From positions 3,616,001 to 3,680,000 of the forward strand of contig JASGHG010000001.1 in the NCBI GenBank assembly GCA_047602425.1: DNA of 64,000 nucleotides, given 5' to 3'. Both the position numbers and the translations under genes were made by a program. The notes beneath the pieces were generated by a model that ran no database searches, was not told the DNA's origin, and saw only the letters and a program-made list of their open reading frames with translations. Shown here piece after piece: positions 10,435-21,764 of this stretch. The DNA is from Nibricoccus sp. GTDB lineage: Bacteria > Verrucomicrobiota > Verrucomicrobiia > Opitutales > Opitutaceae. How positions within the stretch are numbered: position 1 is the stretch's first letter; each line of letters starts with the position of its first letter.

Positions 10435-11424
10435 ATGAAATTTTTCACCGCAATTCTGGCCGTCGTTGCGCTCGCCGCACCGGCTTTCGCGAAAGACATC
10501 GAGCTCCTCAACGTTTCCTACGATCCGACGCGCGAGTTTTACGTCGAATACAACGCCGCTTTTTCAAAATACTGGAAGGCGAAGACCGGCGACAACGTCA
10601 CTATCAAGCAATCGCACGGTGGTTCGGGTAAACAGGCCCGTTCCATCATCGACGGTTTGCCCGCCGACGTTGCAACGCTCGCTCTCGCCGGCGACATCGA
10701 CGCTCTTCATATCAACGGCAAACTCATCCCGGCCGATTGGGTGAACCGCTTGCCGAAAAACTCTGCTCCGTACACGAGCACGATCGTGTTTCTTGTGCGC
10801 GCGGGAAATCCCTTCAAGGTCAAGGATTGGGACGATCTCGTGAAGCCGGGAATCTCCGTCATTACGCCGAACCCAAAAACCTCGGGCGGCGCGCAATGGA
10901 ACTACCTCGCCGCCTGGGAATTCGCCCGCCGCAAATACGGTAGCGACGACGCCGCGAAGGACTTCGTGCGCAAGCTCTACAAAAACGTTCCCGTGCTCGA
11001 TTCGGGCGCCCGTGGTTCAACCACAACCTTCGTGCAGCGCGGCGTGGGCGACGTGTTTATCTCGTGGGAAAACGAGGCTTTTCTCGCGCTCAAGGAATTT
11101 GGCTCCGACAAATTCGAGATCGTCGTGCCTTCGCTCAGCATTCTTGCCCAGCCGAGCGTCACGGTGGTCGACAAGGTCGTGAAAAAGAAAGGCACCGCCG
11201 AAGTCGCCAAAGCCTACCTCGATTATCTTTATTCGGACGAGGCGCAGGAAATCGCCGGCAAGAATTTCTATCGCCCGACGTCCGAGGCTGCCGCGGCTAA
11301 ATACGCGGACAAGTTCCCGAAGGTCGAACTGTTCACTATCGACGAAGCGTTTGGCGGCTGGACCAAGGCCAAGAAAACGCACTTCGCCGACGACGGCACG
11401 TTCGATCAAATCTACGCGAAATAA
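10435..11424 (+). CDS. sbp: Sulfate ABC transporter substrate-binding protein
   Basis: [33 protein letters not shown] and [11 protein letters not shown] motifs. Confidence 0.97.
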   Translation: MKFFTAILAVVALAAPAFAKDIELLNVSYDPTREFYVEYNAAFSKYWKAKTGDNVTIKQSHGGSGKQARSIIDGLPADVATLALAGDIDALHINGKLIPADWVNRLPKNSAPYTSTIVFLVRAGNPFKVKDWDDLVKPGISVITPNPKTSGGAQWNYLAAWEFARRKYGSDDAAKDFVRKLYKNVPVLDSGARGSTTTFVQRGVGDVFISWENEAFLALKEFGSDKFEIVVPSLSILAQPSVTVVDKVVKKKGTAEVAKAYLDYLYSDEAQEIAGKNFYRPTSEAAAAKYADKFPKVELFTIDEAFGGWTKAKKTHFADDGTFDQIYAK

Positions 11425-11441
11425 CTCGCCCGATCCCATCG

Positions 11442-12245
11442 ATGCCATCTTCATCCGCCACCATGCCTGCGCATGATCTTAACCAACTGCTCGCCCGGCT
11501 CGATTCGCTGGCCGGACAGGGTGGGGCATTGCTGCGCAGCAAAAGCACGGGTGAATTTGTCGTCGATGGACGCCGCTACGAGATTCCGCGCTACGTTTTT
11601 TCCGGTCCGCTCGAAGGTCAGTCGCCAATCCGGCTCGGTATTTTTGCCGGGCTGCACGGCGACGAACCCTCGGGCCCGGAGGCGCTCGTGATTTTCCTCA
11701 CGGAGTTGTTGCGCGATCCGTCGCGGGCGCATGGATACGAGCTTTATATTTATCCGGTGACCAATCCCACCGGCTATGAGGACGGCACGCGAAACAATCG
11801 CGCGGGCAAAGATCTCAATCGCGAATTTTGGCGCGAATCTGCCGAACCCGAAGTGCGCATGCTCGAAGCCGAACTCGAGACTAACCGGTTTTACGGCATC
11901 ATTTCGCTGCACGCCGATGACACCTGCACCGGCCTTTACGGCTACGCGCACGATCGCTTGCTCAACGAAGCGCTGCTCCGTCCGGCCTTGGTGGCGTCCG
12001 AGAAAATTCTACCGCGCGATCAACGCCCGATGATCGATGGCTGGTCGGCCACCGATGGCGTGATCAAGCAGTGCTTTTGCGGCGTGCTGGCGGCACCGCC
12101 GGATCAACGCCCGCAGCCGTTCGATGTGATTTTCGAAACGCCCGCACTCGAACCGCTCGATGTGCAGGCGCAGGCCGCCGCCGTGGCGCTGCAAACCATC
12201 CTCGATGAATACCGCGGGTTCATCGCCCAAGGCCAGGATTTGTGA
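11442..12245 (+). CDS. M14-family zinc metallopeptidase / desuccinylase-like protein
   Basis: AGLHGDE (HxxE), NPTGY, KDLNR, ISLHAD and FET motifs. Its stop overlaps the cysT ATG; an alternative start lies at 11463. Confidence 0.85.
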   Translation: MPSSSATMPAHDLNQLLARLDSLAGQGGALLRSKSTGEFVVDGRRYEIPRYVFSGPLEGQSPIRLGIFAGLHGDEPSGPEALVIFLTELLRDPSRAHGYELYIYPVTNPTGYEDGTRNNRAGKDLNREFWRESAEPEVRMLEAELETNRFYGIISLHADDTCTGLYGYAHDRLLNEALLRPALVASEKILPRDQRPMIDGWSATDGVIKQCFCGVLAAPPDQRPQPFDVIFETPALEPLDVQAQAAAVALQTILDEYRGFIAQGQDL

Positions 12246-13078
12246 TGTCGCTTCTCAGCAAACAACGTTCCGCCATCCCCGGCTTTAACCTTTCGCTAGG
12301 TTACACGGTTTTCTATCTCGGGCTCATCGTGCTCGTGCCACTCTCCGCGGCCTTTCTGAAAACCGCCGGCATGTCCTGGGAAGCCTTCGTGCAGGCAATC
12401 GCCTCGCCGCGCGTCATGGCGGCCTACAAAATTACCTTTGGCGCCTCGTTCGTCGCGGCCTTGGTCAACATGGTTTTCGGCCTGCTGCTCGCCTGGGTGC
12501 TGGTGCGTTATCCTTTTCCCGGTAGGAAAGTGATCGACGCGCTGGTCGATCTGCCTTTCGCGCTGCCGACGGCCGTTGCGGGCATCGCGCTCACGGCGAT
12601 CTATTCGAAAAACGGCTGGATCGGCCAATACCTCGAACCGCTTGGCATCAAGGCGGCATTTTCGGAACTCGGCGTCCTGATTGCGCTGACTTTTATCGGA
12701 CTGCCCTTCGTGGTGCGCACACTTCAGCCGGTGATCGAGGAACTCGAGCCTGAACTCGAAGAAGCTTCCACGACCCTCGGCGCGAGCCGCTGGCAGACGA
12801 TCACGCGTGTGATTTTTCCCGAACTGGTGCCACCGTTGTTGACGGGTTTTGCGCTCTCGTTTGCCCGTGCGCTTGGAGAGTATGGATCGGTTGTGTTCAT
12901 TTCGGGCAACATGCCGATGCGCACCGAAATCGTGCCGCTGCTCATCATCACCAAGCTGGAGCAATACGACTACCGCGGCGCCACGGCAATCGCGGTCGTC
13001 ATGCTGGTCGCTTCGTTTGTCCTGCTGCTCGTCATCAACCTGCTCCAGAAGTGGAGCCGTCGTTACCACAAGATCTGA
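12245..13078 (+). CDS. cysT: Sulfate ABC transporter permease CysT
   Basis: [22 protein letters not shown] (EAA loop) and [10 protein letters not shown] motifs. Confidence 0.96.
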   Translation: MSLLSKQRSAIPGFNLSLGYTVFYLGLIVLVPLSAAFLKTAGMSWEAFVQAIASPRVMAAYKITFGASFVAALVNMVFGLLLAWVLVRYPFPGRKVIDALVDLPFALPTAVAGIALTAIYSKNGWIGQYLEPLGIKAAFSELGVLIALTFIGLPFVVRTLQPVIEELEPELEEASTTLGASRWQTITRVIFPELVPPLLTGFALSFARALGEYGSVVFISGNMPMRTEIVPLLIITKLEQYDYRGATAIAVVMLVASFVLLLVINLLQKWSRRYHKI

Positions 13079-13081
13079 GCC

Positions 13082-14008
13082 ATGGCCTCCGCAACTATTT
13101 CCAATCTCCAGCGCCATCGTCCTCCGGCCACCTCGCAGCCGAAGGTCACGCAGGACCCCGCATGGGTGCGCTGGCTGCTTACGACGATTGCGTTGTTGTT
13201 TGTCGGGTTCTTCCTGGTTTTTCCGCTCGGTGCGGTTTTCGCGGAGGCCTTTCGCCGCGGTATAAAAGCCTATTTCGCGGCCTTCGCGGATTCCGACGCG
13301 CTCGCGTCCATCCGGCTCACGCTAATCGCGGCGGCGATTTCGGTGCCGGCCAATCTGGTTTTTGGCGTAATCGCGGCTTGGGCGATCACGAAATTCGAGT
13401 TTCGCGGGAAAAGCCTGCTCATCACGCTGATCGATCTGCCATTCGCGGTTTCGCCGGTGATCTCGGGTCTGATCTACGTATTGGTGTTTGGGCTTCAGGG
13501 GTGGTTAGGCCAGTACCTTGCCGCCGAAAATCCGACCTTCCCGTGGTTGCAGCAGTGGCTCATTTCGCTGGATCTGAAAATCATCTTCGCGGTGCCGGGC
13601 ATTGTGTTGGCGACGACCTTTGTGACCTTCCCATTTGTGGCGCGCGAAATCATCCCGCTCATGCAGGCGCAGGGCACCGACGAGGAACTCGCGGCGATCA
13701 CCCTCGGTGCGAGCGGCTGGCAGACGTTTTGGCGGGTGACGCTGCCGAACATCAAGTGGGGACTCTTCTACGGCGTCATTTTGTGCAATGCCCGCGCGAT
13801 GGGCGAATTCGGCGCGGTGTCCGTGGTGAGCGGCCACATCCGCGGCGAGACCAACACGCTTCCGCTGCACGTCGAGATTCTCTACAACGAGTACAATTTT
13901 GTCGGCGCCTTCGCTGTGGCCTCGCTGCTCGCGGTGCTGGCGATCGTTACCCTGGTTTTGAAAAGTTTCATCGAATGGAAATTCCAGCAAGGACGCGCCG
14001 AGGCGTAA
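13082..14008 (+). CDS. cysW: Sulfate ABC transporter permease CysW
   Basis: [23 protein letters not shown] and [20 protein letters not shown] motifs. Confidence 0.96.
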   Translation: MASATISNLQRHRPPATSQPKVTQDPAWVRWLLTTIALLFVGFFLVFPLGAVFAEAFRRGIKAYFAAFADSDALASIRLTLIAAAISVPANLVFGVIAAWAITKFEFRGKSLLITLIDLPFAVSPVISGLIYVLVFGLQGWLGQYLAAENPTFPWLQQWLISLDLKIIFAVPGIVLATTFVTFPFVAREIIPLMQAQGTDEELAAITLGASGWQTFWRVTLPNIKWGLFYGVILCNARAMGEFGAVSVVSGHIRGETNTLPLHVEILYNEYNFVGAFAVASLLAVLAIVTLVLKSFIEWKFQQGRAEA

Positions 14009-14018
14009 ACGCACCCCC

Positions 14019-15074
14019 ATGAGTATCATCGCAACAGGCATCACCAAAACCTTCGGCCAGTTCAAGGCCCTCAACGACGTCGATCTTGTCGTGCCGAGCG
14101 GCAAGCTCGTCGCTTTGCTGGGGCCATCTGGTTCGGGCAAGACGACGCTCCTGCGCATCATCGCCGGCCTCGAACACGCCGATGAAGGCAGCGGCAAAAT
14201 CGAGTTTCACGGCGAGGATGTGAGCCGCGTCTCCGCGGGTAAGCGCGGCGTCGGTTTCGTGTTTCAACATTACGCCTTGTTCAAGCATATGACGGTGTTC
14301 GAAAACATCGCCTTTGGTTTGCGCGTGCGTCCGCGTGCCGAGCGTCCGCCGGAGAAAAAAATTTCCGACCGTGTGCATGAGTTGCTCAAGCTCGTGCAAC
14401 TCGATGGACTTGACCGGCGCTTCCCGAGCCAGCTCTCCGGCGGACAACGTCAACGCGTCGCCCTGGCCCGTGCCCTCGCGGTGGAGCCGAAGGTGTTGCT
14501 GCTCGACGAGCCATTCGGCGCGCTCGATGCCAAAGTCCGCAAAGACCTGCGTCGCTGGCTGCGCCAGTTTCATGAGGAAATTCATCTCACCACGCTCTTC
14601 GTCACCCACGATCAAGAGGAGGCGCTGGAGATCGCCGACGAGGTCGTCATCATGAACCAGGCCAAGGTCGAACAAGTCGGAACGCCCCAAGAGGTCTACG
14701 ACCGGCCTGTCTCGCCTTTTGTTTACCAATTCCTCGGCAACGTGAACGTGCTGCGCGACACCGCATCGTGGGGCACGACCGGGCCGATTCACGACAACGG
14801 TCGTCTCGCTGCCGACGGTCTGCTCTATGTGCGCCCGCACGACATCCAGGTGATGTCGCACGATTCCGGCGCGGCCGGCGTGCCGGCGGTCTTCCGCCAC
14901 GTCCATACTGCGGGCTCGCAGATGCTGCTCACGCTGGAGCTTGCGAACACGCGCGAGACGGTGGAGGCGGAAATTTCCCGAACCGAACTTGCCGAATTGA
15001 ACATTAAGCTTAACGATTTGGTGCTGTTGCGCTTGAGGCCGACCCACACGTTCCAGCACGACTACGCGATTTAA
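14019..15074 (+). CDS. cysA: Sulfate ABC transporter ATP-binding protein CysA
   Basis: [25 protein letters not shown] and [11 protein letters not shown] motifs; TOBE-type C-terminus. Confidence 0.96.
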   Translation: MSIIATGITKTFGQFKALNDVDLVVPSGKLVALLGPSGSGKTTLLRIIAGLEHADEGSGKIEFHGEDVSRVSAGKRGVGFVFQHYALFKHMTVFENIAFGLRVRPRAERPPEKKISDRVHELLKLVQLDGLDRRFPSQLSGGQRQRVALARALAVEPKVLLLDEPFGALDAKVRKDLRRWLRQFHEEIHLTTLFVTHDQEEALEIADEVVIMNQAKVEQVGTPQEVYDRPVSPFVYQFLGNVNVLRDTASWGTTGPIHDNGRLAADGLLYVRPHDIQVMSHDSGAAGVPAVFRHVHTAGSQMLLTLELANTRETVEAEISRTELAELNIKLNDLVLLRLRPTHTFQHDYAI

Positions 15075-15109
15075 CCCCCAAAAGAAATCTCAACCAACCC
15101 AACGTCACC

Positions 15110-16093
15110 ATGGCTAAAATATATAACGACATCACAGATACAATCGGCAACACGCCGCTTGTACGCCTCAATCGCACCGCCGCCCAACACAACGCCCAGG
15201 CCGAAGTGCTCCTCAAGCTGGAGTTCTTCAACCCGCTTTCCAGCGTGAAAGACCGCATTGGTTACGCGATGATCGACGACGCACTCAAGTCGGGCAAAAT
15301 CACCAAGGATACCGTTCTCATCGAGCCGACTTCGGGCAACACCGGCATCGCGCTCGCGTTTGTCGCCGCCGCCAAGGGTCTCAAGCTCATCCTGACCATG
15401 CCTGAGACGATGTCGATCGAGCGCCGCAAGCTCCTCAAGATTCTCGGCGCGAAACTCGTCTTGACCGAAGGACCGAAGGGCATGAAGGGCGCCATCGCCA
15501 AGGCCGAGGAACTGCAAAAGCAGATTCCAAACAGCGTCGTCCTCCAACAATTTGCCAACCCAGCCAATCCCGCCATTCACCGCAAGACCACGGCGGAGGA
15601 AATCTGGAAAGATACGGACGGCAAGGTCGACATCGTCGTCTCTGGCGTCGGCACGGGCGGTACCATCACCGGCGTCGGTGAAGTCCTGAAGACCCGCAAA
15701 CCCGGCGTGAAAATCGTCGCGGTCGAGCCCGATGCTTCGCCCGTCCTTTCGGGTGGCGCACCTGGTCCGCACAAGCTGCAAGGCATCGGTGCCGGCTTTG
15801 TTCCCCCGGTTCTCAACACGAAGGTGATCGACGAGGTCATCCGCGTGAAGGAAGCCGATTCAGGTCCTATCTCCAAACAGGTCAACACGCTCGACGGCAT
15901 TCCGATCGGCATCTCCAGCGGCGCCGCCGTTTGGGCCGCTCTGCAACTCGCCCAGCGTCCGGAAAACAAGGGCAAGCAGATCGTCGCCATCATCCCGTCG
16001 AGCAGCGAACGCTACCTCTCGACCTGGCTCTTTGCCGATCTCAACACCGAAAGCGATTCAATCGAAAACCTGATTGCAGTGCCGACGGCCTGA
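15110..16093 (+). CDS. cysK: Cysteine synthase A (O-acetylserine sulfhydrylase)
   Basis: SSVKDRI (PLP lysine), [24 protein letters not shown] and ERYLST motifs. Confidence 0.97.
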   Translation: MAKIYNDITDTIGNTPLVRLNRTAAQHNAQAEVLLKLEFFNPLSSVKDRIGYAMIDDALKSGKITKDTVLIEPTSGNTGIALAFVAAAKGLKLILTMPETMSIERRKLLKILGAKLVLTEGPKGMKGAIAKAEELQKQIPNSVVLQQFANPANPAIHRKTTAEEIWKDTDGKVDIVVSGVGTGGTITGVGEVLKTRKPGVKIVAVEPDASPVLSGGAPGPHKLQGIGAGFVPPVLNTKVIDEVIRVKEADSGPISKQVNTLDGIPIGISSGAAVWAALQLAQRPENKGKQIVAIIPSSSERYLSTWLFADLNTESDSIENLIAVPTA

Positions 16094-16122
16094 GCCGGGA
16101 TTTCCAATTTCATTTCAACCGC

Positions 16123-16158
16123 ACGCGCGGTCCTCACCGAGGGCCGCGCGTTTTTTTT
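16123..16158 (+). terminator. Rho-independent terminator after cysK
   Basis: Hairpin acgcgcggtcctc-acc-gagggccgcgcgt followed by a T run. Confidence 0.85.
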
Positions 16159-16428
16159 GCATCTTCGTCACCGCGCACCGGAGAGGAAAGTGGGTTTTTT
16201 GGTCAAGTAAGCACTGCCAAATAACAACTTATACGACGACTGCCGCTTGAAAGAGTGGAGGAGATGGTCGGCTTTCGCAAAAGGGTTTCGCGCAGCAGAT
16301 GAAGGTAAGTGCTGTTTTTCGACAGTAGTATTGCGTGCAGCGATATTTGCCTTGGGTCTACACACGAAGCGTCGATAATACACTGAGTTCGATTCCAGCT
16401 TCACACCCCAGCTATTGTTGTCGGAAAA

Positions 16429-19400
16429 ATGATTCTCCCACGATGGGTTCCTGTGGGGACCCGGTCTTTCTCAAACGCCCGTTTCATTCGCGCGCTTTTT
16501 GTGTGCGTGAGCTTGGCCGTGTTTGGAAAAATCGCGTGTGCCCAAACAGCGGAGGCGGAATTCGCAACTTCCGGCAAGGCCTTCATCACGTCATTCCAAC
16601 AATATTGGGATTTGGCACCGACCGAGAGGGCAAAATCGTTGGATTTTCGGATCGAATGCTTCGTTACCTATTTCGATCCCGAGTGGAAAATCCTGTTCAT
16701 GCAGGATATGCGGGGGGAGCCCGCTTACGTTCTTTATGGTGCCAATCCATTTCCCTTCCATTTTGGCCAGCGCGTTGTTGCGTCGGGAAAATTACCGCCG
16801 TCCAAGGGCGATATTTCCTTCGAAAATGCGGTGATCGTGGAGCAGGGCCGCAGCCTCCCGGATGCTCTCCCGATTGGCGGCAAATTGGAGGACGTTCAAA
16901 AATGGGGCGGCAGGTATGTAACTGCGGAAGGTTTTGTCGAGAGTGCGCGGAGAATCCCGCCCGGGCACGTCCAGATTACGCTGGTGATTGAAGGCGTCCC
17001 CATCACGGTTTGGCTCCTTTTCGATCCGACCGTCCCGGTGCCAAATATCAACGATGCCACCGTGAGAGTTTCGGGCGTATTCAATCCGAAGCCCAGCCAG
17101 GACGGCAAGCCGCCTTCATTCGAGATCATGCTGTCCGGCGTGGATCAGCTGACCGTGCTTCATGAATTGAAGGACGACCCACGGTTTAAAACCGCGGCCG
17201 TGCCGATCCATTCGTTACCGGGAATTTCCCCTGATAAACTGGTTCGTGTCACGGGCCTCGTCAAAGCCCAGGAAGCCGGGCGGTTCGTGCGGATTCGGGA
17301 CGACGCTGGACAAATCGATATTTTGACCGTGCAGAGCCGGACGTTTGCGATCAACGAACAGGTGGAGGCAATCGGGTTCCCCTTGATCGACGGCACGGAA
17401 TGGCGGCTGGCTCGCGGGCTGGTCAGGCCCCTGCAAGGCCCCTCGACCGGCGGGCTGGCGGTCGGGAAGGACAAGTCGGCCACGCTCCGGCTTGCTTCTC
17501 AAGTGCTGGAACTTTCCGCCGAGGAAGCGATGGAAGGCAGGCCGGTTTGGCTCACGGGAGTGGTTACGTGGTCCAACGCCAACGCGCCATTCTTCTTCAT
17601 TCAGGACTCCAGCGGCGGTGTCTGCATCATGCGCGCGAACTCCAACTCCCCCGTACGCTCCGTCGGAAGAAATATGGACGTTCGCGGCGTGACAGGCATG
17701 GGCCGCTTTTCACCGGTGGTTTTGGCCAGCCGGTTTGAAAGAGTGAGCGACGTTGTGTTGCCGGTGGCCCGGCAGATTTCGCTCGAACATGCGCTCACCG
17801 GCGTGGAGGAGGCCCAGTGGGTGGAAATGCGCGGCTATCTGCGGCAGGTGAACAAGCAGGACGGCTGGAACGAACTGGAACTGGCGACGTCAGCCGGAGA
17901 TTTCATCGCCGTGCTTCCGCTTGCGCAGGAGGTGGATCAATTTATTGGTTCGGTGATACGCCTCCACGGTGTTTGCTCGGCCAGCGCCAGCGAACGGCGG
18001 AAACTGACCGGCATCAAGCTCTGGGTTCCCTCTGTCTCCTACGTCCAAGTCGAGGAATCCGCGCCGCAGAATCCTTTCGACGTACCGGTGCGCACGCTCG
18101 CGAGCCTTGGGCAGTACGGCGGCCTGCAATCCTTCAGCCAGCGCGTGCGGGTCTCCGGCGTCGTGCTGCACCAGACGCCCGGGCATTTGGTCTATATTCA
18201 GGACGGCACGGACAGCCTGACGATCTATTCGCGTTCGAATGAAATCCTCAAGCCCGGCGACAAAATCGAGGCCGTGGGTTTTCTTGGCCGGCAGGGTGGG
18301 CGGGTCGATTTGCGCGAGGCGGTTTACCGCAAAGTGGGGGTTGAGAACGAGCCGCTGCCAAAACCTGTTGTTATCGGTAATCAACCGCTCGTTGAGGAAG
18401 ACGGCCGCTTGGTTTCCTTGACCGGCGACTTGATTGACAACTCCGCAACCCACGACCAGGTCCGCCTGACGTTGCAGAAGCAGAACGTGATTTTTGAAGC
18501 TTTCCTGGACGATGCCGGGCCGGACAATGCACTCACCCAGCTCCAAAAAGGCAGCCAGCTCGCACTCGTCGGCGTCTACGAAGTGAGACGCAACGAATAC
18601 GGACAACCCGCCACCTTCGTGCTGCACCTCCGGACGGCAAACGACGTGAAGGTGCTGCAATCTCCCCCGTGGTTGACGCGCCGTTTGATTCTGGGTTTTG
18701 CCGGTACTTTGGGGTTGGGCACGGTGGTTTTTATTGCGTGGGTGACGGCCCTTCGTCGCCGGGTGAAAATCCAGACGGCACAGCTTCGCGAACAAATGCA
18801 GCGCGAGCTCTGGTTGAAGGAGGAATTGCAGCGGGCGAGCAAACTGGATTCCCTGGGGCTGCTGGCGGGCGGCATCGCGCACGATTTTAATAACCTTCTC
18901 ACCGTCATGATGGGCAACATCTCGCTGGCGGGCTATGACGCGAATCTCACGCCGGAAACGGTCGAGTCCTTGCGCTCAGCCGAACAGGCGGCGACGCGTG
19001 CCCGCGATCTCACGCAGCAACTCCTCACTTTCGCCAAGGGCGGCGCTCCTTTACGCGTCGCGGTGTCGCTGCCGGAAGTCGTTCAGGAAGTCACGGAGTT
19101 TGCCCTGCGCGGATCGAATACGCGCTGCGAATTCGACCAACCCGTGGATCTCTGGCCGGCCAATGTCGACAAAGGCCAGATCGCGCAAGTCGTGCAGAAT
19201 ATCGTGATCAATGCATTGCAGGCCATGCCATCGGGCGGCGTGATCAACATTTCGTTGAGCAACGAAATCGTCGGCAGCGAGCTGGCGCAGGTACTGGCGC
19301 CCGGGCGCTATGTGAGGTTGAGCATCGCCGACCACGGTCCGGGAATTGCGCCGGAGAATCTGCCGAGAATTTTCGATCCGTACTTCACGACGAAAAAACA

Positions 19401-19983
19401 TGGCAACGGACTTGGCCTCGCCACGGTGCATTCCATCGTGAAAAAACATCTCGGCCATATCACGGTCGAGTCGGCGCTCGGCCAGGGTACCAAATTCAAA
19501 ATCTGGTTGCCGGCCGCGGAAATCGCCCCGGCCGTGGATAGCACTCCGCCGATTTTTCATCCCATCGCGCCGGGAAATTTTTCCGTGCGCAAAAAGCAGG
19601 TGCGAATTTTATTCATGGACGACGAGCCGGCGGTGCGGCGACTCGGGCAGACGCTGTTGAAACGCATGGGCCACGCCGTCACCGCAGTTTGCGATGGCGC
19701 GGAAACCCTCGCCGAATACGAACGGGCCCGTCAGGCCGGGGAGCCATACGATTTGGTCATCTTGGATCTGACAATTCCGGGAGGCATGGGCGGCCGGGAA
19801 GCGATGGAAAAGCTCCTGCTCATCGATCCGAAGGTGAAAGCGATCGTCTCCAGCGGTTACTCCAATGACTTGGTTCTGTCCAACTACCAGGCGCACGGGT
19901 TTCGTGGCATGGTTTCAAAACCCTACGACCCCACCGACCTTTCGCACGCCATCGACCAAGTGCTCAAAGGCGATCGAGCGTGA
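16429..19983 (+). CDS. Hybrid sensor histidine kinase/response regulator with a large beta-rich repeat ectodomain
   Basis: Signal-like N-terminus, one TM segment, GGIAHDFNNLL (HisKA), IFDPYFTTK...GLGL (HATPase) and C-terminal REC (FMDDE, ILDL, SKP). Confidence 0.92.
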   Translation: MILPRWVPVGTRSFSNARFIRALFVCVSLAVFGKIACAQTAEAEFATSGKAFITSFQQYWDLAPTERAKSLDFRIECFVTYFDPEWKILFMQDMRGEPAYVLYGANPFPFHFGQRVVASGKLPPSKGDISFENAVIVEQGRSLPDALPIGGKLEDVQKWGGRYVTAEGFVESARRIPPGHVQITLVIEGVPITVWLLFDPTVPVPNINDATVRVSGVFNPKPSQDGKPPSFEIMLSGVDQLTVLHELKDDPRFKTAAVPIHSLPGISPDKLVRVTGLVKAQEAGRFVRIRDDAGQIDILTVQSRTFAINEQVEAIGFPLIDGTEWRLARGLVRPLQGPSTGGLAVGKDKSATLRLASQVLELSAEEAMEGRPVWLTGVVTWSNANAPFFFIQDSSGGVCIMRANSNSPVRSVGRNMDVRGVTGMGRFSPVVLASRFERVSDVVLPVARQISLEHALTGVEEAQWVEMRGYLRQVNKQDGWNELELATSAGDFIAVLPLAQEVDQFIGSVIRLHGVCSASASERRKLTGIKLWVPSVSYVQVEESAPQNPFDVPVRTLASLGQYGGLQSFSQRVRVSGVVLHQTPGHLVYIQDGTDSLTIYSRSNEILKPGDKIEAVGFLGRQGGRVDLREAVYRKVGVENEPLPKPVVIGNQPLVEEDGRLVSLTGDLIDNSATHDQVRLTLQKQNVIFEAFLDDAGPDNALTQLQKGSQLALVGVYEVRRNEYGQPATFVLHLRTANDVKVLQSPPWLTRRLILGFAGTLGLGTVVFIAWVTALRRRVKIQTAQLREQMQRELWLKEELQRASKLDSLGLLAGGIAHDFNNLLTVMMGNISLAGYDANLTPETVESLRSAEQAATRARDLTQQLLTFAKGGAPLRVAVSLPEVVQEVTEFALRGSNTRCEFDQPVDLWPANVDKGQIAQVVQNIVINALQAMPSGGVINISLSNEIVGSELAQVLAPGRYVRLSIADHGPGIAPENLPRIFDPYFTTKKHGNGLGLATVHSIVKKHLGHITVESALGQGTKFKIWLPAAEIAPAVDSTPPIFHPIAPGNFSVRKKQVRILFMDDEPAVRRLGQTLLKRMGHAVTAVCDGAETLAEYERARQAGEPYDLVILDLTIPGGMGGREAMEKLLLIDPKVKAIVSSGYSNDLVLSNYQAHGFRGMVSKPYDPTDLSHAIDQVLKGDRA

Positions 19984-20222
19984 GCCTGAGGTTGCCGTGA
20001 TGAACGGTTTTGTAGTCGACGTGTTCACTCCGCGGATTTCGTGTCGGCGATCGCAGGAACGGCTGGGGAATCGGTCGCCGTCTTAAGACGAGTTCTTGCC
20101 GGCCGAAGAGTGCTCAAGCCCATCGGCATTGAAGACGGCGCGTTCGGGTCGTTTCCGCTTGCCACGTCCGGATCTTGCGTGAGGCTGTCCAACCCCACTG
20201 CCAAACTAGGAATTTAGCCCCC

Positions 20223-20807
20223 ATGAAGATCTCCAAACGCGGCGAATATGGTTTACGTGCCATGATCGATCTGGCGCTCGCAGCCGAGCTCGGGCGTGAC
20301 CTAGTGCAGTTAAACGAGTTAGCCGAAAGCGAGAAGATCCCGGTCAAGTTCCTCGAACAGATCGTTCTCGCGCTCAAAGAAGGCGGTTTCTTGGAAAGCG
20401 TGCGTGGTAAATACGGCGGATATCGACTCGCCCGGCCTGCGAAGGAAATCTTGATCGGTCAGATCGTCCGGTATCTCGACGGGCCGCTCGCGCCAATCGG
20501 CTGTGTCAGCCAAACCGCCTATCAGCGCTGTTCCTGCCCTGACGAGGACCACTGCGGTCTGCGCATGCTGATGCTCGATGTGCGCAACGCCATCGCGAAC
20601 ATCCTCGACCGCTACACGCTTGCCAACGTGGTCGAAGTCACGCTCCGAAAAATGCGAACGAGCAAGATTGAACTCCCTTTTGCGGTTAAACCAAGCGCCG
20701 CCAGCCGCGCCAAAAAAACCGGGACCCTCGCTCCCGCTTCCTCTTCTTCCCACCCCACGCCCTCGGAGCGTGGATTGAGCGAATTTCTTTTTGGTGAAGG
20801 CATATGA
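20223..20807 (+). CDS. Rrf2-family transcriptional regulator (CymR/IscR-like)
   Basis: MKISKRGEYGLRAM and SVRGKYGGYRL motifs; Cys cluster CVSQTAYQRCSCPDEDHC; tail FLFGEGI. Confidence 0.93.
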   Translation: MKISKRGEYGLRAMIDLALAAELGRDLVQLNELAESEKIPVKFLEQIVLALKEGGFLESVRGKYGGYRLARPAKEILIGQIVRYLDGPLAPIGCVSQTAYQRCSCPDEDHCGLRMLMLDVRNAIANILDRYTLANVVEVTLRKMRTSKIELPFAVKPSAASRAKKTGTLAPASSSSHPTPSERGLSEFLFGEGI

Positions 20808-21764
20808 AAAAAATCATCGCACTTTTGGTGGCTGCGGCACGCGCTCGTCACGACACTCTCCGCGAAGACCGTTCTGCGCGTCGGTTACTTTCCCAACGTC
20901 ACCCACGCGCAAGGCGTGATCGGCAAGACGCTGACCGCGCAGCATAAAGGCTGGTTCGAGAAACGTCTTGGACCTGACGTCGAAATTCAATGGTACGCCT
21001 TCAACGCCGGGCCGAGCGCGATGGAGGCGATTTTCGCCGGTTCGCTCGATCTGACTTATGTCGGACCCAATCCCTCGCTCAACGCCTACATTCGCTCGAA
21101 GGGCGACGAAATACGTGCGATCGCCGGGGCGGCCCGCGGTGGCGCCGCGTTGTTGGTGCGACCTGGTTCGGGCATCGAAAAACCAGCCGACTTCAAAGGC
21201 AAAAGGCTCGCCACGCCGCAGCTTGGAAACACTCAGGACGTCGCCGCGCGTGTCTGGCTGAAAAATCAAGGTTTCAAAATCACGCAGATGGGCGGCGAAG
21301 TTTCCGTTCTCCCCACGTCTAATCCCGACCAGCTTTCGCTGTTCCAACAAGGCAAGATCGACGCGGTATGGACGGTGGAGCCCTGGGTCTCGCGCATCGA
21401 ACGCGAAGCGGGCGGCAAAATCCATCTCGAACAAAAAGACGCGGTGACGACAATTCTCGTTTCCAGCGTCAAGGCGCTCACGAACCAACCCGAGCTCGTC
21501 AAAAAATTTGCACAGGCGCACCGTGAGCTGACCGATTGGATCAATGCCCATCCGTCCGAAGCGCAAGGGCTCGTGCAGCGGGGCTTGAGCGAGGAGGTGA
21601 AGCGCGAGATCAAACTCGAACTCGTCGTCTCCGCCTGGCAGCGCCTGACCTTTACCTCGGAAATCACGCTGAGCTCAATCGAAAGCCTCGTCGCCGACGC
21701 GCAACAGCTCGGCTTTATCCGCGGCAAGGTGGATCTCTCGCGTTTCATCCAACTTCAGCAATGA
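20804..21764 (+). CDS. SsuA/TauA-like ABC substrate-binding protein, frameshifted near 20840
   Basis: ATG 20804 gives MKKIIALLVAAA. After one extra base the next frame gives ALVTTLSAKTVLRVGYFPNVTHAQG...FNAGP...TPQLGNTQD...VEPW. Confidence 0.8.

Noticed and set aside
20223..21764. Programmed readthrough fusion of Rrf2 with the SsuA-like protein
   Set aside because: A proper ATG and signal peptide overlap the stop, and a cytoplasmic regulator fused to an exported protein is implausible. A single-base error is simpler.
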